From Acidimicrobiales bacterium (GTDB taxonomy: Bacteria > Actinomycetota > Acidimicrobiia > Acidimicrobiales > VFJN01): DNA of 54,143 nucleotides. The notes under the pieces are model-generated. The model saw only the letters and a program-made list of their open reading frames with translations, searched no databases and was not told where the DNA came from. This document shows positions 46,700 through 54,143 of the stretch, piece after piece. The translations under genes and the position numbers were made by a program. Within the stretch, counting starts at the first letter, position 1. Every line of letters begins with the position of its first letter. Location: positions 1-54,143 of the forward strand of contig DASTFE010000176.1 in NCBI GenBank assembly GCA_035708905.1, read 5' to 3'.

Positions 46700-47515
46700 T
46701 CAGCCCGGGGTCAGGAGCCGGGAACGGAAGAGGTCGAGCACGCGGTCGAGGGCGGCCCGGGTGGGTTGGCCGGGCTCGTCGATCAGGTGCTCGGTCAGCA
46801 CCGAGTGCGGGCTGCCGGCCGCCTCGGGGTTGGCCGACGCGGCGTCGAGCTCGACGGCGACGAACGCGTCGCCGAGCTGCTCGGCCAGGAACGCGAACCG
46901 CTCGGCCGGCACGAACCGGTCGCCGCGGAAGCGCAGGCCCAGCACCTGCAACCCCCCGGCCGCGCACCGATCCCTCACGGTGGCGAGCTCGTCGGGGGCG
47001 ATGTCGATGGAGCGCCTGGCCCGCCCGGTCACGCCGAGCGGCATCGACGGCTGCGACAGCACCGGGGCGAGCAGCCGCTCGTCGGTGGCCATCGCCAGCG
47101 CGAACCCCCCGGTGAAGCACATGCCCACCGCCCCGACCCCGGGGCCGCCGCAGCGGGCGTGCTCGTCGGCGGCCAGGGCGCGCAGCCACGCCACGACCGG
47201 GGACGAGCGGCCGGTGGCCAGCACCGTGAACTCGCGGCTCACGCACGCCGGCACCACCGACCGCAGCATGGTGGCGGTGCGGGCGAGGCGGCCGCCCACG
47301 TAGGGGTCGCGACCCGGCTCGCCGAACAGGTGGGGCAGCACCGCGGTGCACCCGATGGCCGCCACCCGGTCGGCGAACTCGACGACCTTGGGCGTGATGC
47401 CCGGCATCTCGGCGACGACGATCACCGCCGGGCCGGAGCCTCGACGGTAGACGGTGCGCTCGGCGCCGTCGTGGGCGAACATCGTGCGCTCGTAGGCGGC
47501 GAGGACGTCTGTCAC
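46700..47515 (-). CDS. Dienelactone hydrolase family protein.
   Basis: Alpha/beta-hydrolase pattern with the nucleophile elbow GAVGMCFTGG (Cys nucleophile, as in DLH) and a C-terminal ...SPHSVLT. Confidence 0.75.
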   Translation of the reverse strand: MTDVLAAYERTMFAHDGAERTVYRRGSGPAVIVVAEMPGITPKVVEFADRVAAIGCTAVLPHLFGEPGRDPYVGGRLARTATMLRSVVPACVSREFTVLATGRSSPVVAWLRALAADEHARCGGPGVGAVGMCFTGGFALAMATDERLLAPVLSQPSMPLGVTGRARRSIDIAPDELATVRDRCAAGGLQVLGLRFRGDRFVPAERFAFLAEQLGDAFVAVELDAASANPEAAGSPHSVLTEHLIDEPGQPTRAALDRVLDLFRSRLLTPG

Positions 47516-47635
47516 GGGGGCGGACCGTAGCGGCGACCGGCGTGCCGCGCGCCGCCGGGGCGGGCTGTTCGGCCCTGCGCCCGGGCACCACTAGGGTGCT
47601 CGCGCGGGCGCACCGACGACGGAGGAGAAGGGTTC

Positions 47636-48061
47636 ATGCCGGCACGCACAGCTTCGGCTCGCTGGGAGGGCGGCCTCCAGGACGGCAAGGGCACCATGCG
47701 GTTCGGGAGCGGGGCCTTCGAGGGCCAGTACTCGTTCGCGTCACGGTTCGAGCAGGGCGAGGGCACCAACCCCGAGGAGCTGATCGGCGCCGCCCACGCC
47801 GGCTGCTTCTCGATGGCCCTCTCCGGCGGCCTCGGGCGAGCCGGGCACCCGCCCACCTCGGTCGAGACGACGGCCACGGTCCACATCGAGCGGGGCGACT
47901 CGGGCTTCCAGATCTCGCGCATCGACCTCGACTGCACCGCCGTCGTGCCGGGCCTGGACGACGAGGGCTTCCAGGCGCTGGCCGCCACCGCCAAGGCCAC
48001 GTGCCCGGTGTCGCAGGCGCTCGCCGGGGTCGACATCAACCTCGACGCCCGCCTGGGCTAG
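47636..48061 (+). CDS. osmC: OsmC-family peroxiredoxin.
   Basis: ASARWEGGLQDGKGTM....TNPEELIGAAHAGCFSMAL....AKATCPVSQAL contains the two conserved OsmC cysteines. Confidence 0.9.
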   Translation: MPARTASARWEGGLQDGKGTMRFGSGAFEGQYSFASRFEQGEGTNPEELIGAAHAGCFSMALSGGLGRAGHPPTSVETTATVHIERGDSGFQISRIDLDCTAVVPGLDDEGFQALAATAKATCPVSQALAGVDINLDARLG

Positions 48062-48074
48062 GGCTACCTCGCGA

Positions 48075-48123
48075 TTCCTGCCGCGGGATCCGGGGCTCCG
48101 ACACCCGAATCCGGGGCGAGAAC
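48075..48123. repeat. REP-like palindromic intergenic element, copy A; probably also a bidirectional terminator.
   Basis: TTCCTGCCGCGGGATCCGGGGCTCCGACACCCGAATCCGGGGCGAGAAC. It shares the 16-mer GCCGCGGGATCCGGGG and flanking GTTCTCG/CAGGAA arms with 53863-53912. It lies between convergent osmC and hrpA. Confidence 0.6.
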
Positions 48124-48135
48124 CCGTCGGAGCGC

Positions 48136-51100
48136 TCAACCGGTGATGGCGGCGAGGGCCTTGCGGATGCGCTGCTCGCTGACCGGCCGCGGCGTGCCGA
48201 GCACCTGGGCGAAGAAGCTGACGCGCAGCTCCTCGAGCATCCAGCGCACCTCGACCGCCTCGGGGGCGCGCTGCCGCTCGCGGGGCAGCGCGGCGACGGC
48301 CGCCGCGCTCGCGTCCTCGATGGCGCGCACCCGCGCCATCAGCTCGCGATCGCGCTCGGGGCGGTCGCCCAGCTTGTCGAGGCGCACCCGCACCCCCTCG
48401 AGGTAGCGCGCCAGGTCGCGCAGCCGGCTCAGGCCCGACGCGGCGACGAAGCCGGGCCGGACGAGCGCGCGCACCTGGCTGCGCATGTCGGCGACCGCGG
48501 GCTGCAGCACCGGCGCCCGGGTACCGTCGAGCCGGGCCTCGAGGGCGACGGCGGCGGCGACGAGGGCCGCGGCCTGGCCGGCGGCGCCGGCGGCCAGTGA
48601 GGCGAGCCGGTCGCGGGCCGCGGCCGCCAGGCGGCCGAACCCGTCCTCGTCCCAGGCCGGGCCGCCGTGGGTGGCGAGGATGCGGTCGGCGGCGGCGGTC
48701 ACGCAGTCGTCGGCGAGGTCGCTCACGCCGGGCAGGTGCCCGGGAGCGGCCGCCAGCGCAGGCTCGCGGCGCAGGCGGCGCTCGGCGTCGCGCCGGGCGG
48801 CGGGAGCGGCGAGCACGAGCAGCCGGCGGGTGCCGGTCCACATCGCCCGTGCCTGGTCGTCCGGCGTGGCCATGACCCGCACGGCCACCGTCTCGCCCTC
48901 GTCGATCAGCGCCGGGTAGCCGCGCACCGGTCGCCCGCCCGCCTCGACCTCGACCGACCGGGGCAGCGTGCCCACGTCCCACGACCGCAGGCCCCGCCGC
49001 TCGACGCCCGGCGCCGCCTCGGCGACCGCCCGCCGGGCCCGCCCGCCGAGCCGGGCCTTCAGCTCGGCCAGGTCGCGCCCGCTGGCCACCTCGTCGCCGG
49101 CCGCGTCCTCGACCCGGAACCGCACCCGCAGGTGGGGAGGCACGCGGTCGGGATCGAGGTCACCGGCCGTGATGCGCTCGCCGGCGAGGGTGGACAGCCG
49201 TCGCGCCAGCACGTCGAGCAGGGGGCCGTCGCCGGGGTCGATGGCGGCCAGCGCCTCGCGGGCCCGGTCGGGCGCCGGCACGAGGTGGCGCCGCAGCGCC
49301 TTGGGGAGCGTCCTCACCAGGGCGACGACCAGGTCGAGGCGGTGCCCCGGCACCTGCCAGTCGAACCCGTCGGGCCGGACCTGGTTGAGCACCGCCAGCG
49401 GCACGTGCACGGTGACGCCGTCGTCGTCGGCGCCCGGCCCGAACGTGTACGACACGTCGAAGGCCAGCTCGCCCTGCTGCCAGGTCGTGGGGAAGGCATC
49501 GACGTCCGCGAAGGCGGCGTCGGGGTCGAGCAGGTCGTCCAACGTGTAGGTGAGCAGGTCCGGGTCGCGCCGGCGGGCGTCACGCCACCACCGGTCGAAG
49601 TGGCGGGCCGACACCACGTCCTCGGGCAGCCGCCGGTCGAAGAACGCCACCAGCCGGTCGTCGGTGACCAGCAGATCGCGGCGACGTGTGCGCTCCTCGA
49701 GGCCGTGCACCTCGTCCAGCAGCGCCCGGTTGGCCGCGGCGAAGGGATGCCGGGTGCGCCACTCGCCGGCGACGAGGGCGTGCTCGATGAACATCCGCCG
49801 CGCGGTCGCCGGGTCGACGCGCCCGAGCTGGGTGCGGCGGCCGTCGACGATCGGCAGGCCGTACAGCGTCACCCGCTCGCTGGTCATGGCCGCGCCCCGC
49901 GCCGCGTCCCACCACGGCTCGCCGTAGCTGCGGCGCACGAGGTGCTCGGCGAGGGGCTCGATCCACGCGGGGTCGATGCGGGCCACCATCCGGGCCCAGA
50001 GGCGGTTGGTCTCGACCAGCTCGCCCGCCATCACCCAGGCCGGGGAGCGCCGGTGCAGCACCGAGCCGCGGGCGATGGTGAAGTGGGCCTGGCGGGCGCT
50101 CACGTGGTCGCGGGTCGTGCGGTCGTACATCCCGACGTGCGAGAGCATCCCGGTCAGCAGCGCCCGGTGGATCCGGTCGGGCGCCGCCGGGGGCCCGCCG
50201 CGGCGGATGCCGAGGTCGCTCGCCACCTCGCGGAGCTGGCGCACCAGGTCCTGCCACTCGCGCACCCGCACGTGGTTGATGTGCTCGGCCCGGCACATCC
50301 GCCGGAACCCGCTCGACGACCGGGCGCGCTGCTCGGTCTCGAGGTGGCGCCACAGGTTGAGGACGGCGGTGAAGTCGGAGTCGGGGTCCGCGAAGCGGGC
50401 ATGGAGCTGGTCGGCCTCGACCTCGGCGCCGGTGGGCCGCTCGCGCACGTCCTGGATCGACAGGGCGGCGGCGATCACCAGCACCTCGCGCACGCACCCC
50501 TCGCCGTCCGCCGCCAGGATCATGCGGCCGAACCGGGGGTCGATCGGCAGGCGGGCCAGCCGGCGCCCGACGGCGGTGAGCGTGCGGTCGGGCCGCATGG
50601 CCCCGAGCTCGACCAGCAGGGCCACGGCGTCGCGCACGGCGCGGGCGTCGGGCGGGTCGACGAAGGGGAACGACTCGACGTCGCCGAGGCGCAGGGCCGC
50701 CATCTGCAGGATGACCGAGGCCAGGTTGGTGCGCAGGATCTCGGGCTCGGTGAACGGCGGGCGGGCGGCGTAGTCGTCCTCGCCGTAGAGGCGGATGCAG
50801 ATGCCCGGCGCCACCCGGCCGCACCGCCCGGCCCGCTGGTCGGCCGACGCCTGGCTGACCGGCTCGATGGGCAGGCGCTGCACCTTCGTCCGGCGGTTGT
50901 AGCGCGAGATGCGGGCGGTGCCGGGGTCGACGACGTACCGGATGCCGGGCACGGTGATCGAGGTCTCGGCCACGTTGGTGGCCAGCACGATGCGCCGCCC
51001 CCGGTGGGGACGGAAGGCCCGTTGCTGCTCGGCGGCCGACAGCCGGGCGTAGAGCGGCAGGATCTCGGTGTCGCCCAGACCGGCGTCCGACAGGGCGGTC

Positions 51101-51999
51101 GCCGTGTCGCGGATCTCGCGCTCGCCGCTGAGGAACACGAGGATGTCGCCGGGGCCCTCGCGCCGCAGCTCGTCGACGGCGGCGCGGATGCCGTCGATCT
51201 GGTCGCCGTCGTGCGGGCGGTAGCGCATCTCGACCGGGTAGGTGCGGCCGGACACCTCGACCACCGGGGCGCCGAAGTGGGCGGCGAACCGCTCGGTGTC
51301 GATGGTGGCGGAGGTGACGACGACCTTCAGGTCGGGCCGCCGGGGCAGCAGGTTCGTCAGGTAGCCGAGGAGGAAGTCGATGTTGAGGCTGCGCTCGTGG
51401 GCCTCGTCGACGATCAGCGTGTCGTAGCCGCGCAGCAGCCGGTCGCGCTGCATCTCGGCCAGCAGGATGCCGTCGGTCATGAGCTTGACGAGGGTGCGCT
51501 CGCCCACCTGGTCGGTGAAGCGCACCGTGTAGCCGACCAGGTCGCCCAGGTCGGTGCCCATCTCGTCCGCGATGCGGGCCGCCACCGTGCGGGCGGCGAG
51601 GCGGCGGGGCTGGGTGTGGCCGATCAGGCCCCGCACGCCGCGGCCCAGCTCGAGGCACAACTTTGGCAGCTGCGTGCTCTTGCCCGACCCGGTCTCGCCG
51701 GCGACGACCACGACCTGGTGGTCGCGGATGGCGGCGAGCAGGTCGTCGCGCCGCTCGGCGATGGGCAGCGACTCGGGGTAGGTCAGGGTGGGGACGCTGG
51801 CGCGGCGCTTCTCGACCCGGCGCTCGGCCTCGTCGACCTCGGCCGCGATGCGCTCGATGTCGGCCGCGGCGGCCACGGCGCCCGAGCCTGCCGGCGCACC
51901 AGCCGCCAGCGCGCGGTCGAGCCGGCGGCGGAGGCGGTGCTCGTCGCGCAGGGTGAGCTCGCCGAGGCGGGCGCGGAGGTCGGCAGGGGAGGGGCGCAC
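48136..51999 (-). CDS. hrpA: ATP-dependent RNA helicase HrpA (DEAH/RHA family).
   Basis: 1287 aa. GETGSGKSTQLP, DEAHERS, SAT, TNVAETSITVPG and QRAGRCGR, plus HA2/OB and a long C-terminal DUF3418-type region. GTG start at 51999. Confidence 0.9.
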   Translation of the reverse strand: MRPSPADLRARLGELTLRDEHRLRRRLDRALAAGAPAGSGAVAAAADIERIAAEVDEAERRVEKRRASVPTLTYPESLPIAERRDDLLAAIRDHQVVVVAGETGSGKSTQLPKLCLELGRGVRGLIGHTQPRRLAARTVAARIADEMGTDLGDLVGYTVRFTDQVGERTLVKLMTDGILLAEMQRDRLLRGYDTLIVDEAHERSLNIDFLLGYLTNLLPRRPDLKVVVTSATIDTERFAAHFGAPVVEVSGRTYPVEMRYRPHDGDQIDGIRAAVDELRREGPGDILVFLSGEREIRDTATALSDAGLGDTEILPLYARLSAAEQQRAFRPHRGRRIVLATNVAETSITVPGIRYVVDPGTARISRYNRRTKVQRLPIEPVSQASADQRAGRCGRVAPGICIRLYGEDDYAARPPFTEPEILRTNLASVILQMAALRLGDVESFPFVDPPDARAVRDAVALLVELGAMRPDRTLTAVGRRLARLPIDPRFGRMILAADGEGCVREVLVIAAALSIQDVRERPTGAEVEADQLHARFADPDSDFTAVLNLWRHLETEQRARSSSGFRRMCRAEHINHVRVREWQDLVRQLREVASDLGIRRGGPPAAPDRIHRALLTGMLSHVGMYDRTTRDHVSARQAHFTIARGSVLHRRSPAWVMAGELVETNRLWARMVARIDPAWIEPLAEHLVRRSYGEPWWDAARGAAMTSERVTLYGLPIVDGRRTQLGRVDPATARRMFIEHALVAGEWRTRHPFAAANRALLDEVHGLEERTRRRDLLVTDDRLVAFFDRRLPEDVVSARHFDRWWRDARRRDPDLLTYTLDDLLDPDAAFADVDAFPTTWQQGELAFDVSYTFGPGADDDGVTVHVPLAVLNQVRPDGFDWQVPGHRLDLVVALVRTLPKALRRHLVPAPDRAREALAAIDPGDGPLLDVLARRLSTLAGERITAGDLDPDRVPPHLRVRFRVEDAAGDEVASGRDLAELKARLGGRARRAVAEAAPGVERRGLRSWDVGTLPRSVEVEAGGRPVRGYPALIDEGETVAVRVMATPDDQARAMWTGTRRLLVLAAPAARRDAERRLRREPALAAAPGHLPGVSDLADDCVTAAADRILATHGGPAWDEDGFGRLAAAARDRLASLAAGAAGQAAALVAAAVALEARLDGTRAPVLQPAVADMRSQVRALVRPGFVAASGLSRLRDLARYLEGVRVRLDKLGDRPERDRELMARVRAIEDASAAAVAALPRERQRAPEAVEVRWMLEELRVSFFAQVLGTPRPVSEQRIRKALAAITG

Positions 52000-52092
52000 G
52001 GCGGTCCACCATCCTACGGACGCACCGGCGGTGAGGCGGTTGCATTAGAACATCCGACGAGCGCTGGGCCCACGGCGCTAGGGTTCCGGCCC

Positions 52093-53331
52093 GTGACCTC
52101 CACGCTGGACCTGACCGCCGATCCCGACACCGCCGGCTTCGATCCCGCCCGGCTGTCCCGCATCGACGAGCACCTCCGCACCCGCTACGTCGAGCCGGGC
52201 AAGATCGCCGGCTGCCAGGTGCTGGTGTCGCGGGCCGGGCGGCTGGCCCACGCCGCGACGCTCGGGCTGGCCGACCGCGAGCGCGGGGTGCCGGTCGCCG
52301 CCGACACCATCTGGCGGATCTACTCGATGACCAAGCCGATCACCGGCGTGGCCCTGCTCACCCTCTATGAGCGGGGGATGTTCCAGCTCGGCGACCCGGT
52401 GCACCGCTTCCTGCCCGAGTTCCGCGGCCTGCAGGTGCGCGAGCGACTCGACGACGGCACCCGGCGCCTCGTCGAGCCGGCCCGGCCGATGACGATGCGC
52501 GACGCCATGATGCACATGACCGGCATCGGCTGGGGCCCGCGGGGCGCACGGCTCGACCTGGCGGCGATGACCACCCGGCCGCCCTCCCTGCGCATCGACG
52601 GCGACCTCCAGACGCTCGTCGAGCGCCTCGCCGGCGAGCCGCTGCGGTTCCACCCCGGCACGGCCTGGCTCTACTCGTGGTCGACCGACGTGTGCGCCCG
52701 GCTGGTCGAGGTGCTGTCGGGCCGGCGCTTCGACGACTACCTGCAGGCCACGATCTTCGATCCGCTCGGCATGGCCGACACGGGGTTCTCGGTGCCCGAC
52801 GGCGAGATCGGGCGGTTCGCCGCCCTGTACCGCCGGGACGAGCACAAGCGGCTGGTGCTGTCCGACGACCCGCGCACGAGCGCCTACCGCGAGCACCCCA
52901 GATTCCTGTCGGGCGGCGGCGGGCTGATCTCGACCGCAGCCGACTACCAGCGGTTCTGCCACATGCTCGTCGGCGGTGGCGCGGTCGACGGGGTGCGGGT
53001 CCTCGGCCCGCGGACGGTCGCGCTGATGCGCACGAACCACCTGCCCGGTGGCGGCGACCTCCGCCGCTTCGCCCTGCCCGGCGGCTACGGGGAGGTGGGC
53101 TTCGACGGCATGGGGTTCGGCCTGACGGTCGCCGTGGCCAAGGGGCCGGCGGACACGCAGGTGGTGGGGTCGCCGGGGGAGTTCATGTGGGGCGGGTTCG
53201 CCTCGACGATCTTCTGGGTCGACCCCGTCGACGAGGTCGTCGTGGTGTTCATGACCCAGCTGCTCCCGTCGGGCACGTTCGACTTCCGCGGCCAGCTCAA
53301 GGCGCTCGTCTACGGCGCGCTGGTGGCGTGA
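52093..53331 (+). CDS. Beta-lactamase-family serine hydrolase (class C / esterase EstB-like).
   Basis: The GTG at 52093 is the real start within the 1554-aa track ORF. SxxK motif IYSMTKPITG; YSW(S) and ...GGFASTIFWVDP. Confidence 0.85.
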   Translation: MTSTLDLTADPDTAGFDPARLSRIDEHLRTRYVEPGKIAGCQVLVSRAGRLAHAATLGLADRERGVPVAADTIWRIYSMTKPITGVALLTLYERGMFQLGDPVHRFLPEFRGLQVRERLDDGTRRLVEPARPMTMRDAMMHMTGIGWGPRGARLDLAAMTTRPPSLRIDGDLQTLVERLAGEPLRFHPGTAWLYSWSTDVCARLVEVLSGRRFDDYLQATIFDPLGMADTGFSVPDGEIGRFAALYRRDEHKRLVLSDDPRTSAYREHPRFLSGGGGLISTAADYQRFCHMLVGGGAVDGVRVLGPRTVALMRTNHLPGGGDLRRFALPGGYGEVGFDGMGFGLTVAVAKGPADTQVVGSPGEFMWGGFASTIFWVDPVDEVVVVFMTQLLPSGTFDFRGQLKALVYGALVA

Positions 53332-53334
53332 GCG

Positions 53335-53781
53335 TCACTCGTCCTCGTCGCCGATGAGGTAGCGCGGCCCGCTGCCGTGCTCGCCGGCGTGGTCGCCGGG
53401 GTTGAGCAGGCGGCACGCCTTGAGCGACAGGCAGCCGCAGCCGATGCAACCGTCGAGGCGGTCGCGCAGCCGTTCGATGAGGTGGATCTGCTCGTCGAGC
53501 CGGGGTCGCCAGGCCCGCGAGATGCGCGACCAGTCCTCCTGGGTCGGCGTGCGCGACTCGGGCAGCGAGGCCAGCGCCTCGTGGATCTCGCCGAGCGACA
53601 GCCCCACCTGCTGGGCCACCTTGACGAACGACACGCGCCGCAGCACGTCGCGGTGGTACCGGCGCTGGTTCCCGTCGGTGCGCGTCGACGTGATGAGCCC
53701 CTCGGCCTCGTAGTAGCGCAGCGCCGAGGGGGCGACGCCGGTGCGCTCGGCCACTGCCCCGATCGTGAGGGCCTGTTCCAT
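53335..53781 (-). CDS. soxR: SoxR, a MerR-family [2Fe-2S] redox-sensing transcriptional activator.
   Basis: LTIGAVAERTGVAPSALRYYEAEGLI...GNQRRY (MerR HTH) and the diagnostic cluster motif CIGCGCLSLKACRLLNP. Confidence 0.9.
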   Translation of the reverse strand: MEQALTIGAVAERTGVAPSALRYYEAEGLITSTRTDGNQRRYHRDVLRRVSFVKVAQQVGLSLGEIHEALASLPESRTPTQEDWSRISRAWRPRLDEQIHLIERLRDRLDGCIGCGCLSLKACRLLNPGDHAGEHGSGPRYLIGDEDE

Positions 53782-53804
53782 GCCCGCCACGCTAGCGCCG
53801 CGGT

Positions 53805-53828
53805 CCTCGAGTTCGAGCGAACTTGAGG
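53805..53828. promoter_or_regulatory. Near-perfect 24-bp palindrome with SoxR-box-like arms, upstream of soxR.
   Basis: CCTCGAGTTCG-AG-CGAACTTGAGG has one mismatched pair. The outer arms resemble CCTCAAG...CTTGAGG, but the half-sites are 6 bp further apart than in the classical 18-bp box. Confidence 0.45.
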
Positions 53829-53862
53829 TGTGTGCCGCGTCGATGCGGCGGCCCACCCCTGC

Positions 53863-53912
53863 GTTCTCGCCGCGGGATCCGGGGTCGGGACCCCCGATCC
53901 CGCGGCAGGAAC
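53863..53912. repeat. REP-like palindromic intergenic element, copy B.
   Basis: GTTCTCGCCGCGGGATCCGGGGTCGGGACCCCCGATCCCGCGGCAGGAAC is about 80% identical to the reverse complement of 48075-48123. It is internally self-complementary. Confidence 0.6.
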
Positions 53913-53953
53913 GAAGGTGGCGGCCCCGACGAGGCCGAGTAACGTGCCCCGCG

Positions 53954-54143
53954 ATGACCCCGGCCGCCTCCCCGCCGAGCGCCCGGCGCGCAGCCCGGCG
54001 GGCCGAGCTGCTCGACGCCGCCATCCGAGCCATCCGGCGGGGCGGGGGCCGCGTCGCCATGGAGGACATCGCCGCCGAGGCAGGCATCAGCCGGCCGATC
54101 CTCTACCGGCACTTCGGCGACGCCACCGGGCTGTACGCGGCCG
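53954..54143 (+). CDS. TetR-family transcriptional regulator; N-terminal part only, 3' end cut by the window edge.
   Basis: ATG at 53954. MTPAASPPSARRAARRAELLDAAIRAIRRGGGRVAMEDIAAEAGISRPILYRHFGDATGLYAA is a typical TetR_N HTH. It is absent from the ORF track because it has no stop inside the window. Confidence 0.7.
   Translation, partial: MTPAASPPSARRAARRAELLDAAIRAIRRGGGRVAMEDIAAEAGISRPILYRHFGDATGLYAA

Noticed and set aside
47562-47576. GGGCTGTTCGGCCCT between the dienelactone hydrolase and osmC genes.
   Set aside because: The right half is identical to the box at 46147, but the left half is degenerate. I kept it only as a weak note inside the regulon finding and not as a feature.
48667-52092. 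First ~1140 aa of the 1554-aa track ORF 48667..53331.
   Set aside because: This part is antisense to hrpA. Only the part from the GTG at 52093 onward encodes a recognisable protein (SxxK beta-lactamase fold).

Overview
This is a high-GC segment (roughly 70-75% by eye) that looks like an Actinomycetota chromosome. It is densely coding on both strands. I support about 50 protein genes. I found no rRNA, tRNA, CRISPR array, transposase or integrase. Many adjacent genes are joined by 4-nt GTGA/ATGA start-stop overlaps, and GTG starts are common. Most very long ORFs in the six-frame track are Arg/Pro/Gly-rich off-frame or antisense shadows of real genes.

Content from left to right:
- An Asp23 stress protein, an aldo/keto reductase and a small MarR operon preceded by an AT-rich perfect palindrome.
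- A CsoR/CstR-family controlled sulfur (persulfide) detoxification cluster: thioredoxin, CstR-like repressor, persulfide dioxygenase-rhodanese fusion, rhodanese-DUF2892, SulP permease and a small beta-carbonic-anhydrase-like protein. It carries three TACCC-N4-GGGTA operators.
- A GntR regulator, a Tat-exported CKX-like flavoprotein, a carboxylesterase, a DUF3516-type DEAD/DEAH helicase, a PLP decarboxylase, and a divergent acyl-CoA dehydrogenase / AMP-ligase pair.
- An OmpR-type two-component system followed by two tiny exported proteins, ApbE and a ferric-reductase-like membrane protein.
- A phosphoesterase / PAP2 / PAP2-kinase envelope cluster, two orphan solute-binding lipoproteins and a MacB/FtsX-type ABC exporter.
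- A stress block at about 33.5-48 kb: two CBS-pair proteins, two tandem-USP proteins, a cupin, Hsp20, a P-type ATPase, a Pat-like GNAT, dienelactone hydrolase and OsmC.
- HrpA, a beta-lactamase-family hydrolase, SoxR and a partial TetR gene.

Two signals stand out. First, a recurring 15-bp DosR/DevR-like box (GGGACCTTCGCCCCT and variants) sits in most divergent or upstream promoter regions of the stress block. Second, inside that block is a tightly translationally coupled six-gene operon: AhpD-like CxxC protein, AMP-forming acyl/acetyl-CoA synthetase, Aco-type E1 alpha, E1 beta, lipoyl E2 and a stand-alone acyl carrier protein. It has no E3 gene. I regard this as a candidate uncharacterised 2-oxoacid/acetoin-type dehydrogenase-to-carrier-protein or lipoamide redox-relay module.

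All functional calls rest on motif-level reading of the translations. No database search was possible.
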